Below, one piece after another: positions 23,210-33,194 of a stretch of DNA of 37,691 nt. The notes under the pieces were generated by a model. It was not told where the DNA came from. It saw only the letters and a list, made by a program, of their open reading frames with translations, and ran no database searches. This DNA comes from Chiloscyllium plagiosum (lineage: Eukaryota). The stretch is taken from assembly GCF_004010195.1 (NCBI RefSeq), contig NC_057753.1, positions 328,223-365,913 of the forward strand, given 5' to 3'. A program made the translations under genes and the position numbers. Each line of letters opens with the position of its first letter. Position 1 is the first letter of the stretch.

Positions 23210-25585
23210 GAAAATGCAGATACAGCTGCAGCATTTTGAAGACAGGTACGTGAATAGGAAAGATTTAGAGGGATATATGCCAAATGCAGGCAAGGACGAG
23301 GTTAGCTTGGGAAACTTACTCAGCAAGGATGTGTTGGACCAAAGGGTCTGTTTTCCACGATGTATGAATCTACGTGATCTCACCAATGTCCTTGACAGCT
23401 GCAATGAAACTTCTTTATCGCCATGTTCCACTGCCCTTGCAATAAATGCCAAAATCCTGTTTGCTATCCTTATCACTTATTACACCTGCGCGCTAACCTT
23501 TCGTGATTCATGAACCAGGATGCCCAGATCCTGTTGTACCACAGTATACTGCAAATCTCTCCCTTCAAGTAGCATACTGAGTTTCTATTCTTTCTGCCAA
23601 AGTTCAACAAGCTCATTTTATATAGTTAACTCCTTGTTAATGGGCACACAACCAACCCAGAGTGCTTTGCCAACCAGAATCTCTGATATGCTCCTGATAC
23701 ACCACTGTGGCCACATAATATATCGATGTTGTCAGTATTGTGGGAAAAAAAGTAACGTATTGTTGAAGGTTTTCATCTTATGCAAGGACAAGAAAAAGAC
23801 TGATTCCTGGGATGGCAGCACAGATGTTCGAAGAGAGACTGGACTGGTTAAGACTGCATGCTCTGGAGTTAAGTAGAATGGGGGGGGGTGGGGTCTCAGA
23901 AACCTCTACAATTCTAACGTGACACAGTAATTGCAGGATGTTCTGGATGACTGGGATGGCCAGAACCAGTCGAAGGACATTAGGTAGGTCATTTGGGACT
24001 GTGATGAGGAGAGATTTCTTCACCCAGAGACTGGGTGAGGCCATAGGTTTCTATGCCTCAGAAAACAGTTAAGGCCAAAACATTGTATGTCTTCAAGAAG
24101 GTGTTAGATATAGACCTTGGGGCTAAAAGGATCAAGGAGTATGGGGTGAAAACAATCAAAAGGGTACGGAGTTGAATTGTCAGCCATGGTCACATTGAAT
24201 GGTAGATGTGAGGTCTTGCATTTTGAAAAGTCAAATCAAGGGAGGAGTTTCAAGGTGAATGGTGGGGCCTTAAGGGGTGTAGTGGAACAAAGGGACCTTG
24301 GCGTTCAGGAGCAGCATTCTCTGAAAGTGGAGACACAGGTAGACAGGGCAGTGAAGGCTTTAGGCCCACTGGCCTTCATCAGTCAGGGCACTGAGTATAG
24401 AAGTTGGGAAGTTATGTTGCAGTTATACAGGACATTGGTGAAGCTGCACTTCGAGTATTGTGTTTGGTTTCGGTCACCTTGTTATAGGAGGGATATTATT
24501 AAACTGGACAGAGTCCAGAAGAAATTTCCAAGGATGTTGCCAGGGCTCGATGGTCTGAGTCATAGGGTGAGGTTGGACAAGCGAGGACTTTTCTCTTTAG
24601 AGTGTAGGAGACTGNNNNNNNNNNNNNNNNNNNNNNNNNNNNNNNNNNNNNNNNNNNNNNNNNNNNNNNNNNNNNNNNNNNNNNNNNNNNNNNNNNNNNN
24701 NNNNNNNNNNNNNNNNNNNNNNNNNNNNNNNNNNNNNNNNNNNNNNNNNNNNNNNNNNNNNNNNNNNNNNNNNNNNNNNNNNNNNNNNNNNNNNNNNNNN
24801 NNNNNNNNNNNNNNNNNNNNNNNNNNNNNNNNNNNNNNNNNNNNNNNNNNNNNNNNNNNNNNNNNNNNNNNNNNNNNNNNNNNNNNNNNNNNNNNNNNNN
24901 NNNNNNNNNNNNNNNNNNNNNNNNNNNNNNNNNNNNNNNNNNNNNNNNNNNNNNNNNNNNNNNNNNNNNNNNNNNNNNNNNNNNNNNNNNNNNNNNNNNN
25001 NNNNNNNNNNNNNNNNNNNNNNNNNNNNNNNNNNNNNNNNNNNNNNNNNNNNNNNNNNNNNNNNNNNNNNNNNNNNNNNNNNNNNNNNNNNNNNNNNNNN
25101 NNNNNNNNNNNNNNGGTACACCTGATCAGGTTGTGGGGATTTATCCACTTTCAAGACATCCAGCACTTCCTCCTCTGTCATTTAGACATGTTTCAAGATG
25201 TCACTATCTATTTCGCTGCATTTTATATCTTACATGTTCTTCTCCACAGTAAACACTGATGCAAATTACTTGTTTTGTATCTGCCCCATCTCCTGCAGCT
25301 CCACACAAAGGGCGCCTTGCTGATCTTTGAGGGGCCCGATTCTCTCCAGAGTTACCCTCTTGTCTTTAGTATATTTGCAAAACCCCTTTGGATTTTCCTC
25401 ATCCCTTTTTTTCCAAGAGCTATCTCACGTCCCCTTTGTTGCCCTCCTGATTTCCCTCTTAAGTATACTCCTACTGCCTTTATACTCTTCACTTGATCTA
25501 TCCTGTCTATACCTGACATATGCTTCCTTCCTTTTCTTAACCAAACCCTCAATTTCTCTAGTCACCCAGCATTCCCTCTACCGAA
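23210..25585. mobile_element. Mosaic of CR1 fragments (23210-23375 +, 23378-23600 -, 23790-24614 +, 25115-25585 -)
   Basis: CEVLHFEKSNQ...QRDLGVQ...EYRSWEVMLQLYRTLV (+); EEEVLDVLKVDKSP (-); CR1 UTR pieces; N-gap 24615-25114. Confidence 0.8.
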
Positions 25586-25599
25586 CGACATTTCCTGTA

Positions 25600-25940
25600 A
25601 ATTCAGGATGGTAGCAGTATCACCACTGATATGTGTGGATGACTGGTAGTTAATTGCTGAGTTTTGTTTAGATTTAAACCAGGCAGGTTGCGTGTGATTA
25701 GTCATGACATTGCGCTGTGGAATAAACCAGGGAATGGCTTATATACAGACTTTGTCCTGTTGAAACAGGTGCAGTGTGTGTAAGCGCTGTTTCTGCCTGT
25801 TGAGAACAGGGTCCTGCGGATTAACACATGCAAGTGTGCCAAATTGCCAGCCCAAGTGACAATCTTAAATTGGTAGTTGGCATAACCTGTAGCACAATCA
25901 GGAGTAACCAGCAAATAGTACAACCACAGGATCACAACTG
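25600..25940 (-). mobile_element. Penelope-like GIY-YIG C-terminal fragment (third family)
   Basis: Translation LLVTPDCATGYANYQFKIVTWAGNLAHLHVL resembles the PLE 'HLL.NP.CA..Y...FKI......HL..LE' end motif (recognition only). Confidence 0.5.
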
Positions 25941-25990
25941 GGAAAAAAATGTAGGTGATAAACATTACTCTTTCTTCTCAATAAACCACA

Positions 25991-26130
25991 CCATTGCCAT
26001 AGGAACAGGTCACCATCATGTAGGCCAGAGGCTTCAGTCAGGACACATGCCCCACCATGTTGATTGATGGGCGGGGCTTCAGGGTCAGCAGTTCCCAACT
26101 TTGGTCATGAACCCTGGGAGGCACTCCTCA
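25991..26130 (-). promoter_or_regulatory. CpG-decayed paralog of the promoter module
   Basis: Reverse complement gaccaaag...gctgaccctgaagccccgccca...gggcatgtgt...acatgatggtgacctgttcctatggcaatgg aligns with 36692-36826 and with 2694-2729 (25/36 in the YY1-RFX part). Confidence 0.65.
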
Positions 26131-26184
26131 TTTCCAATTCAGTACATTCCTCACTCTGCTCCTTGACACAGATACATACAATAG

Positions 26185-26660
26185 GCAGTTAGAGTTGTAC
26201 GGCATGGAATCTCAGTCCAACTCGTCCATGCCAACCAGATATCCTAAATTAATTGAGTTCCATTTGCCAGCACCTTGGCCCATATCCCTCTAAACTCTTC
26301 CAATTCACGCCTTCCCATCCAGATACCTTTTAAATATTGTAATTGCACCAGACTCCACCACTTCCTCTGACAATTCATTCCATACACGCACCATCCTCTG
26401 CGTGAAAAAGTTGCCCCATTGTTCCCTTTTATATGTTTTCCCCTCTCACCTTAAACTTATGCCTTCTAGTTTTGGACAGACCTACTCTGGGGAAAAGACC
26501 TTTGCTATTCATGCTATTTATGCCCCTCGTGATTTTATACATAAGGTCACCTCTAAGCTTCCAGCGCTCCAGGGAAATTAACCCCAGCCTTCTCAGCCTC
26601 TCTATAGCTCAAACCCCGCATTCTTGGCAACATCCTTGTAAGTCTTTTCTGCACCCTTTA
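26185..26660 (-). mobile_element. CR1 3' fragment
   Basis: gtccaactcgtccatgcc...cccatttgccagca...ggcaacatccttgtaa. Confidence 0.85.
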
Positions 26661-27221
26661 CTTTCTGTAAAAGGACATCGCATAGTTAAGATAGGGTGCA
26701 ATGGGGAATGACGAATGCAGTTAAAGCACAGGCCAGTCCTGATCCCACTAAGAGGACAAGAGAGGGCCTTAATGGTTTCCCCTCCATGTGCTTGTTGAAC
26801 TTTTTAATTCATTCCTTTATTTTCCTAGTTTTAACTAGGAAAGACTTTAATGCAAACCATTACCTATTTCTTTACTTATCTATTATTCTGAAAAGCAATG
26901 CTTAACTTGTTAACTCTTGTTTCTTAGTACCTTGTACCTAAGCATTAGATACCTGAGATAGCACCATGTGTGGCGACACTGTACACTTTTCAATGCACTC
27001 CCATACTTCTGCTCTTGTGTACACGTGAGAATAAAATCTCAATCTAAAATCTATGGCCTGGTTCACATGCAGCAAATGGCATTTGAATGGCCAGGGTTTG
27101 CTGTCCCATTAAATTGTCACTTCATTGCCATCGCTTTTGGCACAGTATGGAATGAAAAGAATGAGAAAACTGGGGTGTGTGTGTGTGCCCGCGTGTGTGT
27201 GAAAGTGAACCCAGGTTGACA

Positions 27222-27372
27222 TAAAGATGTTCCTTCCTGGGCTCTGGCACCAGCATTGGAGGACAGCTGACCCTGAAGCCCAGCCCACCAATTGTCCCTG
27301 GAATACTGGCGGAGGTGCATGCGACCCAGGCCCCCCACAGCCGCAATGACTGAACCAGAAGAGGCGGGAACA
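27222..27372 (+). promoter_or_regulatory. CpG-decayed paralog of the promoter module, upstream of the ZNF pseudogene
   Basis: agatgttccttcctggg...gaccctgaagcccagcccaccaattgtccctggaa...ggtgcatgcg...ccgcaa vs 36666-36800 agatgctccctcctggg...gaccatgaagccccgcccacccattgtccctggaa...ggcgcatgcg...ccgcaa. Confidence 0.7.
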
Positions 27373-27556
27373 ACTGCAAGGGGTTTATTTATGGTGGGAT
27401 GTCCAGGCAAAGAGGGTGGTGGAAAATGCATCAATTCTGTGATGGACCAAGGGTGAAGATAGTTTGGGTTGGATGGGATGTGGCTGATTTAAAATCAAGC
27501 AAACCTCACGAATTGGTTGGTTGGGGGAGGATGGCACATCCAGTGATGAGGGGGCC

Positions 27557-28045
27557 AGTCATAGAGATGTACAGCACAGAAACAGTCTCTTCGGTCCATG
27601 CTGACCAGATATCCGAAATTAATCCAATCCCATTTGCCAGCATTTGGCCCATATCCCTCTAAACCCTTCCTATTCATATACCCATCCAGGTGCCATTTAA
27701 ATGTTGTCATTGTACCAGCCTCCACCACTTCCTCTGGCAACTCATTCCATACACGTACCACCCTCTGTGTGAAAAAGCTGCCCCCAGGTCTCTTTTATAT
27801 CTTTCCCCTCTCACCCCAAACCTATGCCCTCTAGTTCTGGACTCCCCCCACCCCAGGGAAAAGACTTTGTCTGTTTACTTTATCCATGCCCCTCATGATT
27901 TTATAAACCTCCATGAGGTCACCCCTCAGTCCCCGACGCTCCAGGGAATTTAGCCCCCAGTGTATTCAGCCTCTCCCCACAGCTCAAACCCTCCAACCCT
28001 GGCAACATGTTTTTCTGAAGCCTTTCAAGTTTCACAACATCCTTC
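27557..28045 (-). mobile_element. CR1 3' fragment
   Basis: Translation RVWNELPEEVVEAGTMTTFKWHLDGYMN plus 3' UTR and (tctatgac) tail. Confidence 0.9.
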
Positions 28046-28162
28046 AGACTCCTGAGGAATGGGGCAAGGCAACACCCTCAATGAGGAGGGAGGTTGTCAG
28101 AGTGGGTTCATAAGGGTTGGGGGAAACTTCTGCAGGAACTCAACTTGTTTTTTTTAAAACAG

Positions 28163-28985
28163 GGTCAGAGAGGGGGAGAATTTCAGGTGGTAAGCTGAAA
28201 CAAACATTTGACTGACTCGATCCATCAGAACCTGCTCATCCAACCTCCTGACAAACCAAAACCACCACACCAATGAGAGAACCCTTGCTTCTAACGATCT
28301 GATGTACGAGTGGTAACTTTTAAAGGTTGAAAGAGCTGGGCAGCATGGTGGCTCACCGTGCCAGGGACCCGGGTTCGATTCCAGCCTCGGGTGACTGTGT
28401 GGAGTTTGCACATTCTGCCCATATCTGCGTGGATTTCCTATAGCTTCCTCCCACAGTCCAAAGATGTGCAGCTTAGGTGGATTACTGGTGCTAAATTGCC
28501 CGTAATGTCCAGGGATATGCAGGCTAGCTGGATTAGCCATGGGAAATATATAGTCATAGGGATATGGTGTGGGGGAGGTGGTCAGTGTGGAGTCGCTGGG
28601 CCAAAAGGCCGGTTTCCACCCTATAGGGATTCTAGGATTCTCTGACTTCACACTGAGGAGGTTGTCATTCAGGTTCTCTCGCTGTGTGACGAGATTTCAA
28701 CAGTTGTTCAACCTGCTGTGCCACGGGATTACACTCAGACAGAAGCTGTTCCCCTGCTCCCATTGTGGGAAGGGCTCAGTCAGTTCGCTGCTCCATGCAT
28801 ACACCAGCGGGTTCACAAGAACAGGATCTGCATCATGCTGTTGTTGAGTCCATTCGTCACATCCAGAGCAGAACCCTGCCTCATTCTGATAGCTGGCTCT
28901 GACTCTGCTTCTGTTAATGAGCTCAATAAGTGACCTGGAAATCAATAATCTGGCTCTGTTAAATAAATCAACTGTGTTTGACGAT
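28163..28985 (+). pseudogene. C2H2 zinc-finger pseudogene (terminal exon remnant, SINE inserted)
   Basis: Acceptor ttgttttttttaaaacag| ending at 28162. 28650-28820 reads with frameshifts as HT.E..FRFSRCVTRFQQLFNLLCH.....QKLFPCSHCGKG/SQFAAPCIHQRVH, i.e. two damaged C2H2 fingers with linker. AATAAA at 28962. Confidence 0.7.
28338..28640 (+). mobile_element. HE1-type V-SINE
   Basis: ccagggacccgggttcgattcc...gtgtggagtttgcacattc...cctcccacagtccaaagatgtgcag...gggattctaggattct. Confidence 0.88.
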
Positions 28986-29237
28986 GTATGTGCCAAATCC
29001 TTCTTGTCTCTCAGGTTAGTCGAGAGCTTTGCACGTGCCTGACTAGCTCTTTCGTGCACCTTTTCAGGCTGTTAGAAATCTTGTGGAATCCTTGGCTTTA
29101 TTAACAGAGACGACAAACAGAAAATCAAGGGAATCACTCTGAACCTTTGCAATGTTGTGGCTTCCTGTCAGCTGGGCATGTTCTGTCCAAATGCAGGTGC
29201 TACAGTTTCAGAAAGATATGAAGGCAGTAGAGAGTGT

Positions 29238-30038
29238 CCATAGAGAGACACAGCAGGGATACAGACCCTTCGGTCCAATCGGTTTGTGCTAACCAGACAT
29301 TCCAATCTGACCAGCTACCATTTGCCAACATTTGACCCATATCCCTCTAAACCATTCCTATTCATACACCCATCCACATGCCTTGTAATTGTACCAGCTT
29401 CCAACCACTTGCTCATGCCATACACACACCACCCTCAGTGAAAAAGGTACCCTTCAAGTCCTTTTCAAATCTTTCCCCTCTCACCTTAAAACTATGCCCT
29501 CGAATTTTGGACTCCCCTATCCTGGGAAAAAGACCTTGTCTGTTCACCCTATCCATGCCCTCCATGATTTTTATAAACCTCTATGAGGTCACCCCTTGGC
29601 CTCCGATCCTCCAGGGGCAAAAGGCCTTAGCTTAATCAGCCTCTCCCTATAGTTCAAACCCTCCAGTCCCGGCAACATCCTGGTTAATAATTTCTGAACC
29701 CTCTCCAATTTAATAATATCCTTCCTCGAGCAGCGTGACCAGAACTGTACACAGCACTCCAAAGGTGGCCTCACCAACATCCTGCACAAGTGCAACATGA
29801 CATCCCAACTTCTATACTCAATGGCCTGAGCAATGATGGCAAGCATGATAAATGCCTTCTTAACCACTATCTCCCTGTTGTGCAGATTTCAAAGAATGAA
29901 GTACCTGAACCCCAGGTCTCTTTGTTCAGCAACACTCCCTCGAGACCTACCACTAACTGTACAAGTCCTCCCCTGGTTTGCCTTAGCAACAGCATAATAC
30001 CTTCAATCGGTGTAAATTAAGCTCCATCTGCCACTCCT
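29238..30038 (-). mobile_element. CR1 3' fragment
   Basis: KKAFIMLAIIAQAIEYRSWDVMLHLCRMLVRPPLECCVQFWS plus 3' UTR. Confidence 0.9.
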
Positions 30039-30044
30039 GGGCGC

Positions 30045-30980
30045 ACCGGGTCCAGAAAACGAATCATGGGAACTCAGGGACGAGGAACTTCAGATATGTG
30101 GATGGATTGGAGAAGCTGGTGGGGATCGCCTTGGAGAAGATTTGGTTAAGGAGGTCTGGATGAAGCAGACGGAGAGAAACTGCTCCCAGCAGTGAAGCTG
30201 AGGGTAATGCTCCGAGGTGATTGACAAAAGGAGGCGGTGTGAGAGATAGCCGGGAATGGAATGCACGGTCAGGGAGGGTGTTCGAGGGCAATACAACCAT
30301 GGCTTTCCCAAGAGGACTGGAGAGGTATCTGAAGAAGATACATGCGCAGGACCCATGAGCTCAAGGCAGGGGAGTAGGGTTGCTCCAGGAGCGCCAGCAA
30401 TGAATACAATGGGCCAAACATTTGCTAGTACAATCTTAGGATGACGGGTGATGACATAATGGTTGAGTGACTAGGTTATTCTGCTATTGGCACGATATTG
30501 TGAAACTTGAAAGGGTTTATAAAAGATTTACAAGGATGTTGCCAGGGTTGTAGGGTTTGAGCTCTTGGGAGAAGGCTGAATAGACTAGAATTATTTTCTT
30601 TGCAGCGTCGGAGCCTGAGGTTTATAAAATCATGAGGGGCATAGATAGGGTGAACAGACAAGGTCTTTTTCCCCGCAGGGTGTGGGGGAGTCCAAAACTA
30701 GGGGGCATAGGTTTCAGGTGAGAGGAGCATGATTTAAAAGGGACAATGTTTTCATGCAGAAGGTAGAGTGTGTATGGAGTGAGCTGCCAGAGGAAGTGGT
30801 GGAGACAGGTACAAATACACCATTAAAGAGGCATCTGGATGGGTAGATGACTAGGAAGGGTTGGGAGGGATATGGGCCGGGTGCTGGCAAATGGGATGGG
30901 ATTAATTTGGGATATCTGGTCGGCATGAACGAGTTGAACCGAAGGTTCTATTTCCGTGCTGTGCATCTCTATGACTCTAG
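30045..30980 (+). mobile_element. Two CR1 3' fragments (old 30045-30440; younger 30495-30980)
   Basis: RYVDGLEKL-like remnant; ggatgttgccagggttg...WSELPEEVV...ctctatgactcta tail. Confidence 0.75.
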
Positions 30981-30989
30981 TTCTCCGGG

Positions 30990-31226
30990 AGCCCAGGTTA
31001 CTGTTCTGGGTTCACATCCCATGATGGTGAAATTGGAATTCAGTCTACATCTGGAACAAAAGGTTAGCATCAAGGCAACCATATAATTGCTGTTGACTGT
31101 CCTTTTGGGAAAGGAAATCTGTCATCCTTACCCCTGGTGGCCTACATGTGACCCCAGATTCTCAATCACCGCTGGACTCCGAACTGCTCTCCGAAATGGC
31201 CAAGCAAGTTCAAAGGCAATTAGGGA
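30990..31226 (+). mobile_element. Old SINE of a second family (tail shared with the Zenon-like LINE)
   Basis: B-box-like gggttcacatccc; body tccttttgggaaaggaaatctgtcatccttaccc..ggcctacatgtgac aligns with 32985-33045; ends caaaggcaattaggga (cf. 19368-19386). Confidence 0.6.
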
Positions 31227-31594
31227 GAAGATGTCATTAACCTTGAACTGGTCCAGTTAAGCGTGAAAAGTCCCTTTGACCTTGAACAGGTCCATTTGGC
31301 AGTGACCTTTTCCCATGAAGTAGTGTCAACCAAAATGAACACGGACATGTATGTGGGCTGCTGATGCTCAATGCATTTAACATCCAGTGTAAACTTGACC
31401 CAGTTAAGCATAGTTACAACATTCTGTGTGTTCACAATCAGCTCAGCACTGTCACCTTTGAACTGTCACTGGACTAATAATGATGAACCCCGGGCTAATT
31501 GTTCTGTGGACAACTTAGAAACTGCCTGAGAAATTCAGCAGGTGTGGCAGAATCTGTGGAGAGAAAGCAGTTAACTTTGCTTTGTCTCAATAGA

Positions 31595-31754
31595 GTCAAG
31601 ATTAGAGTGGTGCTGGAAAAGCACAGCAGGTCAGGCTTCCTGATGAAGGGCTTTTGTCCGAAACGTCAATTTTCCTGCTCCTTGGATGCTGCCTGACCTG
31701 CCGTGCTTTTCCAGCCCCACTCTAATCTCCAGCATCTGCAGTACCCACTCCCGC
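31595..31754. mobile_element. 160-bp Penelope terminal insertion (hairpin)
   Basis: 38-bp inverted arms 31599-31636 / 31691-31728 (2 mismatches); perfect 15-bp TSD ctttgtctcaataga at 31580-31594 and 31755-31769. Confidence 0.88.
31636..31672 (+). ncRNA. Minimal type I hammerhead ribozyme core (PLE-type)
   Basis: CUGAUGA-A-GGGC UUUU GUCC-GAAAC-GUC; stem I poorly paired. Confidence 0.55.
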
Positions 31755-31924
31755 CTTTGTCTCAATAGATGCTGCCAAACCTACCGAATTTTTCCAGCAA
31801 TTTGTGTTTTTCGTTTTAGATCTTCAGAACCTGCAGTTTTGTTTTATTTTAATGTTCTGTGGAAACAAATCCTGGCAGATGGTGAAATCTGAAATCAATA
31901 AAATCCGGGAACTAAAAAGCAAGC

Positions 31925-32585
31925 CTATTAAGACCATAAGAGAGAGGTGCAGAGTTAGGCTATTCTGCCCAAAGAGCAGAATTAGGCTATTCTGCTCCAC
32001 CATTCAATCATGACTGATTTGTTTCTCAACCCTATTCTCCTGTCTTCTCAGTGTAACCCTTAATCTCCTTACAAATCAAGAACCTATGTATCTGTCTTAA
32101 ATGCCCTCAAAGAGTTGGCCTCCACAGCCCTCTGCAGCAACGAGTTCTACAGAGTCACCACCCTCTGGCTGAAGAAATTCCTCCGTATCGGAGTTTTAAA
32201 GGGTTGTCCCTTCGCTCTGAGGTTGTGGCCAACTCCAGTTCTTGGTCTCTCCTAAGAGGGCATTCACATTCTTCGTGCCCACTCCATCCAGGCCTCTCAT
32301 CCTTCTAAACTCCAGCAAGTACAGACCCAGAGTCCTCAACTGCTCCTCCCTTCATTCCCAAGATCATTCTTGTAAACCTCCTCTGGACATCCTCCAATGT
32401 TAACCCATCCTCCCTTCGATACAGGGTCCAAAACTGCTCACAATTTTACCAAATGAGATCTGACCAGAGCCTTGTACTTGCTGAGGCTGTACATTCCTGC
32501 TGCTGTATTCTAGCCATCTTGAAATCTATGGTAACACTGCATTTGCAGTCCTAACTGCCAACTGAACCTGCATGTTAACCTTAAA
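31925..32585 (-). mobile_element. CR1 3' fragment (same type as 13196-14512)
   Basis: agaccataag tail, tcaccaccctctggctgaagaaatt, tgcatttgc..tcctaactgccaactgaacctgcatgttaacc. Confidence 0.85.
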
Positions 32586-32596
32586 AGGGACTAGTT

Positions 32597-32872
32597 TATT
32601 AGATTAGACAGCTTAGTGTGGAAACAAGCCCACACCGACCGTCTGAAGAGCAACCCACCCAGACCCATTCCCCTACATCTAACACTACGGGCAGTTTAGC
32701 ATGGCCAACTCACCTAAGCTGCACATTTTTGGGAGGAAACCGGAGCACCCGGAGGGAACCCACGCAGACACGGGAGAATGTGCAAACTCCACACAGACGG
32801 TTGCCCGAGGCTGGAATTGAACCCGGGTCTCTGGCGCTGTGAGGCAGCAGTGCTAACCACTGTGCCACCCAT
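32597..32872 (-). mobile_element. HE1-type V-SINE
   Basis: V-domain and tRNA head in reverse orientation. Confidence 0.9.
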
Positions 32873-32934
32873 AGTTTGGGTACATTGTTGGCGTGGACTG
32901 ATTGGACCAAAAGGTTAGTTTCTATGCTGTATGA

Positions 32935-33135
32935 TTCCATGTAACCACTGCTGATTATCATAAAGACACATCTGGTTCAGTGATGTCCTTTTGGGAAGTA
33001 GATTGACTGTCCTTACCCTGACTGGCCTAGCTGTGATTCCAGATCCACAGTGATGTGGTTGACTCTTAACTGCTCTTTGGGTAATAAGTACTGGCCCAAT
33101 GCGCGGCACCCACATCCCATGGATGAATTTAAAAA
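32935..33135 (+). mobile_element. Old SINE of the second family, 3' part
   Basis: catctggttcagtgatgtcctttt...ggttgactcttaactgc...aataagtactggccc...cacatcccatggatgaat. Confidence 0.6.
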
Positions 33136-33194
33136 GAACAGTGATCTTTGTTCTTAATTCAGACACTGGTAATTAATTCATTTTGCAAAAACAA

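Larger units (their letters stand above)
31515..31850. mobile_element. Old fold-back PLE-derived element hosting the 31595-31754 insertion
   Basis: gagaaattcagcaggtgtggcagaatc (left) is the approximate reverse complement of gatgctgccaaacctaccgaatttttc (right). Confidence 0.55.

Noticed and set aside
22890..23513. 207-aa ORF
   Set aside because: Chance read-through across the LTR end and two CR1 fragments of opposite orientation.
24177..25259. Long ORFs spanning N-gaps (also 6973-7512 and 35532-36323)
   Set aside because: Artefacts of translating through Ns.
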